NCBI GenBank assembly: GCA_963741205.1
Contig: CAVUHW010000018.1
Span: forward strand, 64,001-128,000
Length of the DNA: 64,000 bases
Reading direction: 5' to 3'
Source of the DNA: Nitrospirota bacterium
GTDB lineage: Bacteria; Nitrospirota; UBA9217
Shown here: positions 42,883 through 54,501 of the stretch, piece by piece
How positions within the stretch are numbered: the stretch's first letter is position 1
How the letters are laid out: every line of letters begins with the position of its first letter
Notes under the pieces: model-generated
Database searches by the model: none
What the model was told of the DNA's origin: nothing
Seen by the model: the letters and a program-made list of their open reading frames with translations, nothing else
Position numbers and translations under genes: made by a program

Positions 42883-43123
42883 GGATGCTTTCTCCTTTCC
42901 GCAAGAGTCATGGTAGAAGCAGTTTGTAAATCGGGGAAAATTGCGTGACTCGAGGGGGGACGTTGATGTTTACGTTGCACTGGAGCTTCTCAATAAGGAT
43001 AAGAGCTCTATCAGTTGGTGCCTGAATGCGCTGCTCCGGGACCTTGCCGGCCGGCACCTCACTGAGAAGCATCGGGTCGACTCGCTGGAGCGTACCGGTT
43101 AGGTCGCGCATTCATTCAGTCCG

Positions 43124-43516
43124 TCAAGGTGTCTTGATGCCCAACCACTCTAATGCCTCCCGGCGAATTCGAAAAACGCGTACTTCCTTCCTGCTCTTTT
43201 TGTCCAATTGCCGGTACGTCTCGTACATGCGGCCTAGCCCGAACTGCTCGTTGGTCGTCGCAAGGATAGCGAGCTTCGACAATGAATCGGGCGAATCCAT
43301 TCCTGCCGACAACCGAGCGAGGTCAGACACTCGATGGGTCGACTTGAGCTCGATCCGGGAGACGCCCGCCATGTCGATCAGTTCGTTATACCCCTTGGTA
43401 TCTGGTCGCGACCAAACTTCCTGCTGGTAACCGAAAACCTCCGCATCAGTCAACACTCCATACGGGCTCGCGATTACCAGTCGCTGATCATGGTCTATAT
43501 GGTAAGAAATAGGCAT
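43124..43516 (-). CDS. Hypothetical protein, STAS/SpoIIAA-like fold
   Basis: 130 aa; MPISYHID...ELIDM...KLAILA...FGLGRMYE...VRVFR..EALEWL. Confidence 0.7.
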   Translation of the reverse strand: MPISYHIDHDQRLVIASPYGVLTDAEVFGYQQEVWSRPDTKGYNELIDMAGVSRIELKSTHRVSDLARLSAGMDSPDSLSKLAILATTNEQFGLGRMYETYRQLDKKSRKEVRVFRIRREALEWLGIKTP

Positions 43517-43631
43517 TGGTTTTCACCTGCGATGTTGCTCAGCGGGTCCGGACCTGCACAAAACGGCTGCCTCGGCCCAAAACACTCGCAGGACAGGCCA
43601 CTTCTTGAAGAGCACGAACAGATTACAAGCC

Positions 43632-45567
<1,936 letters not shown>

Positions 45568-45612
45568 GGACAGTCCCTCCGGATCATGCGATAGAGTATA
45601 GCATATCGCCGC

Positions 45613-46200
45613 CTATTTATACTTCCGCTTCTTTATGATCATCTGGACCGCCCGCCCCCCATCCCGCTTGAGCCAGAACAGGCAGAAGACCGCGGACGCG
45701 ACGACCACGGCAGTCAGGCCTTTTTCTCCCCGCTGGACCATCAGGATCGCCCCGCTGACCAGGAAGATGATGAAGCCGAGAGGGATCAGTATCCTCGAAA
45801 AGACTTCCTTCGTCGGTGAGAGATTTGTGAAACACCTTCGCGCCTCGTCGGTCTTGCCCATCTTTTCATAGAGGCCCCCGAGATTGAACCAGATCATATT
45901 GTTCTGTGGGTCCTGGGAACTCACCCGTTTGTAATAGGCAAGCGACCGTTCCGGGTCGATGTCCTGAAGCTGCATCGCGAGTCGGAACCAGAGCGTGAAC
46001 CGGTTCCCCGCCTTCTCGTAATGCTTTTCCGCTTCGGGCCCCCTCCCTGTCTCTTCCAGGATCACTGCTTTCAGGAATTGCCCGCGATGAAAATCGGGCT
46101 GCGCCGCGATGAGTTCATCTACCGCCCTTTCGGCCTCAGCGTATTCTTTTTTTTCATAGTGCGAAAGCGATTTTTCCAGCGTCTTTGAGATTGATTCCAC
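45613..46200 (-). CDS. TPR-repeat protein with two C-terminal TM helices
   Basis: TPR-like helices (IWFNLGGLYEKMGKTDEARRCF) then hydrophobic segments. Confidence 0.75.
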   Translation of the reverse strand: MESISKTLEKSLSHYEKKEYAEAERAVDELIAAQPDFHRGQFLKAVILEETGRGPEAEKHYEKAGNRFTLWFRLAMQLQDIDPERSLAYYKRVSSQDPQNNMIWFNLGGLYEKMGKTDEARRCFTNLSPTKEVFSRILIPLGFIIFLVSGAILMVQRGEKGLTAVVVASAVFCLFWLKRDGGRAVQMIIKKRKYK

Positions 46201-46311
46201 GATCCACCTCTGGAGATTTATAATGATCCGTCATGAAGGCTTTCATTGTACCCGAGACGCGGGGCTTTCACAATGCAAAAAGATAAGCTGATCAGGAAGG
46301 ATTCCGGACAA

Positions 46312-46392
46312 GGCCGTTAGAAATTTACCGGGAGCTCATCAATCGACATGACCGGCAATTCGTGCTTCTCGCTCGCGGTATTTCTCACGGCT
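46312..46392. mobile_element. 81-bp MITE-like element inserted in a REP hairpin
   Basis: Ends gccgttagaaat / atttctcacggc; flanking CAA direct repeats; excision restores ggattccggacaagccggaa. Confidence 0.6.
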
Positions 46393-46486
46393 CAAGCCGG
46401 AAATAAAATACGCAGACTTCACCTTTTCCCCCGGGACGGCTTATGAGGGAACCGGGAATCAGGCGTAATCCTCAACTACGCGCCCC

Positions 46487-46942
46487 TCATGCGGCCTTGA
46501 GCACGGCCCTGCATTCTTCGCCCTTCGCAAGGAGCGCCGCCGCGATTTCCGCGGAGTCATAGTAATTCCGGAAATGGACGATCTTCCCGTTGCGCAGCGT
46601 GAACACCATGGCAAAGTTGGCCCGGAAGAAGCAGCCCGTCGAGTTAACGCTCCCGCGCATGGTTCCTTCAGCCACGACGCAGTCACCGTCTGCGATGATG
46701 GTCGAATAGGACATCTCGTCCAGGGTAAGCTTGCCCCTGACCTCATTGAAAAAGGCTGACACCTCGCCCTTCCCGTGCCTCGGTTTGGACCAGAAAATTT
46801 CCTTCACCATCGTGCTTGTCGCCGGGGACTGCCAGTCGATGTTCTCATCCAGATAACTCAGGATCGCAGGGAAATCTCTGCGGTTGATCGCCGAATACAG
46901 GTCTTTAACCGTATTGATGTTTTTTCCATAGTCGATTGCCAT
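46487..46942 (-). CDS. NTF2/SnoaL-like (ketosteroid-isomerase-like) protein
   Basis: VKDLYSAINRRD, LDENIDW, IADGDCVVAEG, VFTLRNGKIVHFRNYYDS. Confidence 0.88.
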   Translation of the reverse strand: MAIDYGKNINTVKDLYSAINRRDFPAILSYLDENIDWQSPATSTMVKEIFWSKPRHGKGEVSAFFNEVRGKLTLDEMSYSTIIADGDCVVAEGTMRGSVNSTGCFFRANFAMVFTLRNGKIVHFRNYYDSAEIAAALLAKGEECRAVLKAA

Positions 46943-47091
46943 ATTATCGCCTCCCCCTTTTCACTCCACAGGGAACGACACGTTTTCGTTTCCTTTTGCT
47001 CTTCCTTCTGATAATTCAATGATATAAAAAGGCGTGTCATTCTGTCAATCAGCAGAAAGTAGTAAAGACGGCTGGATAAAGAAACGGAGGG

Positions 47092-47889
47092 TCATCCTAT
47101 TCGAAAACATCTCATCGAGATCGATCCGTATTGGAACCCTTCATGAACAAACGTGAGGGGTTCATCCCTCTCCTGGAGCGCGACGGCGTAGATCATGGGA
47201 AGATAATGGTCGAGTGTCGGGACCGACAAGAGAGCTGTGGCCCCCATGTTTTGAAAGTGGATCAGGTCCGCGTGGTTTCCGCTCACCAGGTTCGCCTTCA
47301 CCTTCTCATCGAACTCCCCTGCCCAGCCAAAGGTGGGGGCGTCGATGTTTTCAAAATCCAGCATGCCCAGGTTATGGACGATATTGCCGCTTCCGATGAT
47401 CAGGACGCCTTTCCGCCGCAATCCGGAAAGTTCTTTCGCCAGATCGTAGTGGTACTGAAGCGGTTTCGGGCTCCATTCATTGAACGTGTAGGAAAGGCTC
47501 ATCTCGAAAACGGGGATCTCCGCGCCGGGATACATGTGCTTCAGTACCGCCCAGGACGCATGGTCGAGCCCCCATTCGTTGCCGCAGGCGACCCTCGCTT
47601 TTTTTACCGTCTCCGTAACCAGCCGCGCCTCGCCCGGCGCACCCGGACTCGGGTACCGCAGGGCGTAGAGCTCGTCGGGAAATCCGTAGAAGTCGTGGAT
47701 GGTCCTCGGATGCTCCGCACACGTGACGAACGTGCCCTCGGTGAGCCAATGCGCCGACACGACCAGGATGGCCTTCGGTTTCGGAAGTTCCCTCCCCAGC
47801 GAGACAAGGCTTCTCGTGTAGCTGTTGTCCAGGATAATGTTCATCGGTGAGCCGTGCCCGATGAAGAGCACCGGCATTTTCGCATTCAT
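47092..47889 (-). CDS. ygiD: 4,5-DOPA extradiol dioxygenase (LigB family)
   Basis: LFIGHGSPMN, VSAHW, TIHDFYGFP, WGLDHASW, GSGNIVHNL, PTLDHYLP. Confidence 0.93.
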   Translation of the reverse strand: MNAKMPVLFIGHGSPMNIILDNSYTRSLVSLGRELPKPKAILVVSAHWLTEGTFVTCAEHPRTIHDFYGFPDELYALRYPSPGAPGEARLVTETVKKARVACGNEWGLDHASWAVLKHMYPGAEIPVFEMSLSYTFNEWSPKPLQYHYDLAKELSGLRRKGVLIIGSGNIVHNLGMLDFENIDAPTFGWAGEFDEKVKANLVSGNHADLIHFQNMGATALLSVPTLDHYLPMIYAVALQERDEPLTFVHEGFQYGSISMRCFRIG

Positions 47890-47914
47890 GGACCCACTCC
47901 CTTTCAGTGCACCG

Positions 47915-48379
47915 TCAGACGGGCCCGCATGACAAGCTCTGTCGTCCGTTCGACGGGGCGCCGAAAAGCTTCATAAAGTCGTCCTTGATATTCCTAATGA
48001 ACTGTTCCCTTCTCTTCCTGTACCAGGACATCTTGGCGTTTACATATATCCGGAAGTTCATAAAGAAAAATATTTCGAAACAGGCGACTGCAATCGCGCC
48101 TTGGATGATCGCATCCTTGTATTTGAGGAGCGCCGGGAAGGTCTGGCCGTCCAGTTTCGTGATGAAGACTACGGCCGCGATGAGAACTGCGAGAATGATC
48201 AGGAATCTTTTGAAAAATTTTTTCTCCAGCATCGTCAGCTCGATCGACTCAAGATAGTCGAACAGGCTGCCGGCCTTTTTTTCGAAGGTTTCCCACTCGC
48301 AGGCTTTGGCGAAATGAACAAGGGCCTTTCTGAACCCCTCTACCTCTTCATTGATCCTGCTATGCCATTCGCGGTCCAT
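47915..48379 (-). CDS. Hypothetical two-TM membrane protein
   Basis: Likely start MDREWH after RBS gaggg; two hydrophobic segments. Confidence 0.6.
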   Translation of the reverse strand: MDREWHSRINEEVEGFRKALVHFAKACEWETFEKKAGSLFDYLESIELTMLEKKFFKRFLIILAVLIAAVVFITKLDGQTFPALLKYKDAIIQGAIAVACFEIFFFMNFRIYVNAKMSWYRKRREQFIRNIKDDFMKLFGAPSNGRQSLSCGPV

Positions 48380-48608
48380 AGTCCCTCTCCCGCTGTTCGA
48401 GCCTAATAAAATTATATCACTCCGGGCCTTGCTTGACACTAGGACGACCGCATGATACTGTATCACCCGCGGCCTTGCGCATGCCCTCTAAAATGACCGG
48501 CGAGGAACGCAATTTAAGTACCAGGATTCAGGCCCGGTATCATCTGCGGAATCAGGGCAATCTGCGGATACTACCTTGCCTGAACAGTTACCACTTTTCA
48601 CGATCGCA

Positions 48609-49493
48609 ATGGCGCCCATTATCGAGATTAAAAACCTGGTCAAGACCTATCCCGGCGTCCGGGCCGTCGACCACGTCAGCCTCACCATCGAACAGGGAAT
48701 CTGTTTCGGCCTGCTCGGCCCGAACGGCGCAGGTAAGACCACGCTCATCGAGATCGTCGAAGGCGTCCAGCAGCCTGACTCCGGTGTCACGCTGTATAAG
48801 GGCGCGCCCGCTGGAGACCGCTTCAGGAAGGAGGCGGGCATCCAGTTCCAGGTCACCTCGCTCCAGGAATTCCTGACCGTGCGCGAGACCCTCCGGCTCT
48901 TCAAAAGTCTGTATCCCCGGTCCATGGACATGAACGAAGTCATCCGGCTCTGCAGCCTCGAAGAGTTCCAGGACCGAGACACGCGCAAACTTTCCGGAGG
49001 ACAAAGGCAGCGGCTCCTCATGGCACTGGCCCTCATCAACGACCCCGAGGTCCTTTTCCTCGACGAGCCGACAACCGGCCTCGATCCGCAGTCGCGACGT
49101 AACTTCTGGGACCTCATTTCCCTGATCCGCTCCCGCGGCAAGACCGTCGTCCTGACCACCCACTACATGGACGAGGCCTACACGCTCTGTGACGAAATCG
49201 CGATTATGGACCGCGGGAAGATCATTTCCCAGGGGACTCCCGAACATCTCTTGAAAGCGCATTTTGGCGACGTGGTTCTGCAGTTCCCGGAAGAGGACGT
49301 CAACAGAAAGCTGGACGGGTTAAGGCTCTGCACGTCGAAGCAGCCGGGCTGGTGCGAAATACAGACGCACGACGTGGAAGGGACCATCAGAACGCTCCTG
49401 GATCGTGGTGTATCGCTCAACCGGATGAATATGCGCTCCTGGAGCCTGGAGGACCTGTTCATCGCGCTCACCGGGAAGGATTTGAGAAGCTGA
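48609..49493 (+). CDS. ABC-2 exporter ATP-binding protein
   Basis: GPNGAGKTT, LSGGQRQR, LFLDEPTTGLD, TTHYMDEA. Confidence 0.95.
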   Translation: MAPIIEIKNLVKTYPGVRAVDHVSLTIEQGICFGLLGPNGAGKTTLIEIVEGVQQPDSGVTLYKGAPAGDRFRKEAGIQFQVTSLQEFLTVRETLRLFKSLYPRSMDMNEVIRLCSLEEFQDRDTRKLSGGQRQRLLMALALINDPEVLFLDEPTTGLDPQSRRNFWDLISLIRSRGKTVVLTTHYMDEAYTLCDEIAIMDRGKIISQGTPEHLLKAHFGDVVLQFPEEDVNRKLDGLRLCTSKQPGWCEIQTHDVEGTIRTLLDRGVSLNRMNMRSWSLEDLFIALTGKDLRS

Positions 49494-49520
49494 TAGGAAT
49501 GCGGATTGGAACACCTGGTC

Positions 49521-49587
49521 CGTCATTCCCGCGAAAGCGGTGAATCCAGATTTTACCCCGTGTCCATCCGTGTTCATCTGTGGTTAT
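49521..49587. repeat. Single GTCATTCC-family REP half followed by a 10-mer tandem repeat
   Basis: cgtcattcccgcgaaagcggtgaatcca; ccgtgtccat-ccgtgttcat-ctgtggttat. Confidence 0.65.
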
Positions 49588-49607
49588 AAATCGTTTTGGG
49601 GTTTATC

Positions 49608-50615
49608 ATGAAAAAATTTCTCGCCATCCTCCACGCCCGCAACATGGAATTCATCCGGGACAAATCGGCGCTCGGCTGGAACGTGTTGTTCCCGCTCTTC
49701 CTCGTTCTCGGCTTCGCCGCCCTGTTTTCCGGGGAGCCGAAGCCGATGTTCAAGGTCGGCGTCCTGGGCGACGTGGCGGCCCTCGGGCAGACGGACAGGG
49801 AATTTTTCAGCACGAAGTATGTGCAGTTCATCCCGGTAGACGATCTTGAAAAGGCGCTCGACAAAGTGGAACATTTCCAGCTCGACATGCTCGTTGACGC
49901 GCGTGCGCGCATGCGCTACTGGATCAACGAGAACGCGCCGAACGGCTACCTGCTGGAGCGGATCTTGAAGGGCGCGGGCGGCCCGGGCTATCAGCGTCTT
50001 ACGGTCAGCGGCCGCGAGATCCGCTACGTCGACTGGGTCGTGCCCGGCATCCTCGCCATGAACATGATGTTTTCCTGTCTCTTCGGTGTCGGGTCCGTGA
50101 TCGTCCGGTACCGGAAGAACGGGTTCCTCAAGCGCCTCAAGGCCACGCCCCTGACCCCCTTCGAGTTTCTGACCGCGCAGATGACCTCGCGCCTCATCCT
50201 GATCCAGACCATCACGATCGCCGTGTACGCCGGCTGCAATTACTTCATCCATTTCCAGATGCGCGGCTCCTACGCCAACTTGTTCCTGGTCTCGCTCCTG
50301 GGCGCCGTGTGCCTGATCTCCCTCGGCCTTCTCATCGCGTCCCGCCTTTCGAGCGAAGAGCTGGCGGCAGGCCTCCTGAACCTCCTCACCTGGCCCATGA
50401 TGCTGCTCTCCGGCGTCTGGTTCTCCCTCGAAGGAACCAACCCCGCGGTCAGGAAAATCGCGCAGTTCCTTCCGCTCACCCCCCTCGTCGACGCGGCCCG
50501 CGCCGTCATGACCGAAGGGGCCGGCCTCGCCGACATCGCGCCGCAGCTTCTGGTCCTCGCCGTCATGAGCGCCGTCTTCCTTTCCATCGGTTCGCTGATC
50601 TTCAAGTGGGAATAG
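49608..50615 (+). CDS. ABC-2 exporter permease
   Basis: RYVDWVVPGILAMNMMF, LKRLKATP, LSGVWF, LPLT. Confidence 0.93.
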   Translation: MKKFLAILHARNMEFIRDKSALGWNVLFPLFLVLGFAALFSGEPKPMFKVGVLGDVAALGQTDREFFSTKYVQFIPVDDLEKALDKVEHFQLDMLVDARARMRYWINENAPNGYLLERILKGAGGPGYQRLTVSGREIRYVDWVVPGILAMNMMFSCLFGVGSVIVRYRKNGFLKRLKATPLTPFEFLTAQMTSRLILIQTITIAVYAGCNYFIHFQMRGSYANLFLVSLLGAVCLISLGLLIASRLSSEELAAGLLNLLTWPMMLLSGVWFSLEGTNPAVRKIAQFLPLTPLVDAARAVMTEGAGLADIAPQLLVLAVMSAVFLSIGSLIFKWE

Positions 50616-50746
50616 TCATAGAAGCAGGGACCAGGCTCCTCATCCTCAACGGCCGTGGAGTTATGAATATGCTAAATCTTGCGTTGAAATTAGCGGGAAT
50701 TGATGTATTATAGAGGAGTAATCACCTCCTCAAGCAGGGAGTTTCG

Positions 50747-52715
50747 ATGGATGCGGACGTACAGCTCAAACTAATCCTCAAGCGCATATCGCTGTGGAGT
50801 TTTCTTACCGCGGCCGGCATCGGCGCCGTCTCGCTGGTGGGACGGTTTTCCGGCTTGCAGATCATCCCGAGCATAGGCCCGGATCATATCCCCATCGCCC
50901 CAAGCACCGCCTGGTGTTTCATCATACTCAGCGTTTCAGCGCTCCTCACTGTGCTGCGTCCGGATAACGCAGCCGCGCGCGTGAGCGCTGCAATCGGAGC
51001 AGGTGTAATTTTTTTGGGATGCCTTGCCATCCTTATTGCTTTTGTCCTGGGAACAGCCATTGAAGGCGAATATCCGTGGATCCAGGCGCCCCTCTCGCTT
51101 TCTCACGTTCCGTTTGGCCTTATGTCTCCGATCACTGCGGCAACCTTTCTGGCGGCGGCATCAGGTGTCCTGTTTTTAGCCTTTTCCCGCGAAGAAAGAC
51201 GGCGGCTGAAACATGCCTCGGCCTTTGCGGCAGCGGCCGTGGCTTCGATCGGCTTTATCATCATTCTCGGTTATATGCACGGCACGTCCATCCTCTCCGG
51301 CGGAAATATTAACCCGGTGGCCCTTCCCGCTGCAATTGCCTTTGTCCTGATCGGCCTGGGGCTGACGACTGCGTCAGGCCCTTCCATCCTGCCGGTCAGA
51401 ATTTTTACGGGGCCAGCGGTTCAAAGCCGGTTAATGAGGGCATTTTTCCCGACGATCGTCGCTTTTATCCTGATTGGCGGCTTAGCGATTGAAACTACCC
51501 TTCTGCGGGCCAGCAATCCCTCACTGATTGCGGCGTTGGTTGAGTTCCTCTCCATCCTGGTCAGTGTCATCATGATAGCAAAAATTGCGAAGTCGACCGG
51601 AAATCGATTAGACCGCGCGCTTGCTGAAAACCGGCTCCTCGCGTCGATCGTCCAAAATATTCCGGATGCCATATGCGCCGTCGACATGAACTTCATAACG
51701 GTAGCGTGGAACAGGGGCGCCGAAAAGATGCTTGGGTATGCGGCCGAGGAAATCATCGGGAAGCCCATAGCGACAATTATTCCTGAAGACATCATACAGC
51801 ACGAACTCGAACATTGTCAGGTCCTCCTGAACAGTCAAGGCGCCTTTTCCGGCTATGAATCGGTCCGCACTGACAAAAGACGGCAGAAGGGTCCCCGTGG
51901 AGCTGACCGCGGTGGCGATCAGGGACAATACGCAGACGATACGAAACTTTGCTTCCATCATGACAGACCTCACGAACCGGAAAAAGGCCGAGGAGGAACG
52001 CCTGAAAGGTCACATGCTGGAGTCGATCGGCATTCTCGCGGGCGGCATTGCGCACGATTTCAACAACATGCTCAGCGTCATTCTCGGCAATGTCCAGATT
52101 GCAAAACTGTCGGAGCCCATTTGCGCCAAGGCAATCGGCCGGCTTGACGATGCGGAAGAAATTTGCGCCATGGCCGCTGAACTCAGCAACCGTCTCCTGA
52201 CCTTTGCCACGGGCGGAGATCCCTTGAAGAAGACCATGTCGCTGTCAGGGTTGCTCGCGGGTAGGATCAACATGATGCTCAAAGGGTCGACTATTTCGTC
52301 GGAATTCCATCTCCCCGACGATCTCTATCTCGTTGCGATCGATGAGGGGCAGATGAACCAGGTCATCAGTAATCTGGTCACGAACGCAAAAGAGGCAATG
52401 CCGAAGGGAGGAACTCTTACTGTTCGCGGAGAGAATCTCTCCATTTCCGCTGAGGACATGCTGCCGATCCGGGAAGGCAGCTATTTGAAGATCTCGATCC
52501 GCGACACGGGCATTGGCCTGCCCGCGGAAAATCTGGCGAAAATCTTCGACCCCTATTTTACGACCAAAGACACGTATAACCAGAAAGGCCTGGGGCTCGG
52601 CCTCGCGGTCTGTTATTCCGTCATCAAACGGCACGGCGGTCTTATCACCGCAGCATCAGAGGTCGGCAAAGGTACGACCTTTGATATTTACCTTCCCGCA
52701 GTCGGGATGAAATAA
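50747..52715 (+). CDS. Multi-TM PAS sensor histidine kinase; frameshift near 51875
   Basis: About 7 TMs; PAS WNRGAEKMLGY; LAGGIAHDFNNML; NLVTNAKEAM; DTGIG, FDPYFTTK, GLGLGLA. Confidence 0.92.
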
Positions 52716-52774
52716 ACCGCCTTAATACTCCTCCGATTTTTCCACCACAGGGAACGCCCCCTACGCGCCCCTTG

Positions 52775-53707
52775 TCACGCGTGCCCTACCCCCGCATTCA
52801 ACTCTGCCCTCACGTCCTTCTCTTCCAGCAGCCGCCTGTTGATGTCGATTGCTGCCACCGCGCCTTCTCCGGCCGCGATGACGACCTGGTCCTGTCCCGT
52901 ATTGAGCGGGCCGACGATATAGAGGCCTCTGAGGGACGACTCATAGGCATTGTTCACGACGTACTTGAATCCAGCCGCGTCCTTTTTCAGGTTGAGTCCT
53001 GCGAGAAAATCATCGTTCAGCTTGACGCCGAACGAGGCCATGATCGCCTCGCACGGAACCTTTTCTCCGTTCATCAGTTCCAGGCCTTCCAGCTCTGTCT
53101 CGCCGATGACGCTCACGGGCTCGACCGACACCACCTTGATGGCTTCCTCGGCCAGAACTTCCTCTGCGGAGTCCGGCAGGCTGAAACGGTACGGGATGTA
53201 GGTAATGTCCCTCGTGAACATCTGCTTCATGGCAAGCGCAATGTTCACCGATTGAAGGACGTCCCCCATGACCACGATTTTCCTGTTCGTTGTCTTATAC
53301 CCGTCGCAATCGACGCACGTATAGTAGCCGGCGCCCAGGAACCGCACCGCGTTCCTGATGGGCGGGATGATATCGTACACCCCCGATGAGACGATGACGT
53401 AGCGCGCATGATACGATGCGCTCGGCGTCGATACGGCAAAGAGGCCGTCCTTCCGCACCGCGGTCACGAGTTTCCGCTCGACCCGCACGTTGAAGCTTTT
53501 TACCTGCTCCATTCCCCGTTCGATGATCTCGCTCCCCGCTATTTCCTTATGGGTAAGGACATTTTCGATGTGCCGGGAGTGCCACGTCCTCCCCCCGCTG
53601 CGGTCGAGGAGGAGCACGTCTCTATTGTACCTGCCCAGGTAAATTGCGGCCTGCAGCCCGCCGGGACCGGCGCCGATGATGATGCAGTCGAATACATGGT
53701 CGTTCAT
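52775..53707 (-). CDS. Thioredoxin-reductase-like NAD(P)/FAD oxidoreductase
   Basis: IIGAGPGGLQAA, CVDCDGY redox motif, QVVIAAGEGAVAA. Confidence 0.88.
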   Translation of the reverse strand: MNDHVFDCIIIGAGPGGLQAAIYLGRYNRDVLLLDRSGGRTWHSRHIENVLTHKEIAGSEIIERGMEQVKSFNVRVERKLVTAVRKDGLFAVSTPSASYHARYVIVSSGVYDIIPPIRNAVRFLGAGYYTCVDCDGYKTTNRKIVVMGDVLQSVNIALAMKQMFTRDITYIPYRFSLPDSAEEVLAEEAIKVVSVEPVSVIGETELEGLELMNGEKVPCEAIMASFGVKLNDDFLAGLNLKKDAAGFKYVVNNAYESSLRGLYIVGPLNTGQDQVVIAAGEGAVAAIDINRRLLEEKDVRAELNAGVGHA

Positions 53708-53724
53708 AGGCCCCCCCTTACGGG

Positions 53725-54171
53725 TCATAGTTTCTGATAAGCCGCTGTGGATAACCTTTCCATCAGAGGCATGCGGCATTCCCTCCCGCTCCTCGTCGCT
53801 CTCGCGGAGCGCTGGGTCCTTCCCCGCGCGAAGCCGTAACGGGTGAAGTAGCTCACATTGCGCGTCGCATAGACCCTCCTCAAGGGTTCATACGTCATCA
53901 GGTGCTTCACGATTGTCGATCCTATCCCTTTGCGCCTGCTGTCTTCAAAAATGGAAACGCATCCCGCATCATTATCCTTCTTCAGGATGCCGAACCCGAT
54001 GATCCGCTCTTCTTCGGTTGCAATAACAAGGTCGGAATTGCCGAGGTCATCGGCGTTGCCGTGATCCTTGAAGTACTCCTCGACCCTCACCCGGTCCGTA
54101 TCGGTTGCGTGCCGGATGACGACCATTTTATCCGTAATGCTCGATATGCCTGTTTTCTGTGGATCCGACAT
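53725..54171 (-). CDS. GNAT-family N-acetyltransferase (ArgA-like short form)
   Basis: IRHAT..D, IIGFG, RRKGIGS acetyl-CoA motif, YFTRYGF. Confidence 0.8.
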   Translation of the reverse strand: MSDPQKTGISSITDKMVVIRHATDTDRVRVEEYFKDHGNADDLGNSDLVIATEEERIIGFGILKKDNDAGCVSIFEDSRRKGIGSTIVKHLMTYEPLRRVYATRNVSYFTRYGFARGRTQRSARATRSGRECRMPLMERLSTAAYQKL

Positions 54172-54221
54172 TTTTCTTCCCTCCTCTCGGGCTGAACGCC
54201 GTTTAGCGCCCCTTTTATAAA

Positions 54222-54346
54222 GAAAAAGCCGGGTTGCCGTTGCTCTTCCCTTTCCTTCGGCAGCCCGGCTGTCTTACCCCTCGGATAGATAGTATGAAGA
54301 CCCCCTGAATTTCCGCCCTTCCCGTACGGGGAACAGCTTTATCGGG
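54222..54346 (-). ncRNA. Cyclic-dinucleotide riboswitch (c-di-GMP-I/GEMM-I-like, divergent P2) with overlapping terminator
   Basis: Minus strand CGATAAAGCT...GGGCGGAAA...GGGTCTT...AAGACAGCCGGGCTGCCGAA; the 3' strand pairs with downstream CGGCAACCCGGCT-TTTT. Confidence 0.75.
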
Positions 54347-54369
54347 ACAGTTTCTATCCTCTTTAAATA

Positions 54370-54399
54370 ACTATAGCACCGCCTTCCGTTGGCTGTCAA
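54370..54399 (-). promoter_or_regulatory. Sigma-70 promoter directly upstream of the riboswitch
   Basis: TTGACA-18 bp-TATAGT with extended -10 TG on the minus strand. Confidence 0.65.
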
Positions 54400-54501
54400 G
54401 AAAGCGCGCTCCGGGTGTCAATTCGCTGAGAACATGTCCGGAAGATCGATACGGGTATGACGTTAAAGGAGGAAGAGGAAGAGATAGGGGGGGCTCTGAA
54501 A

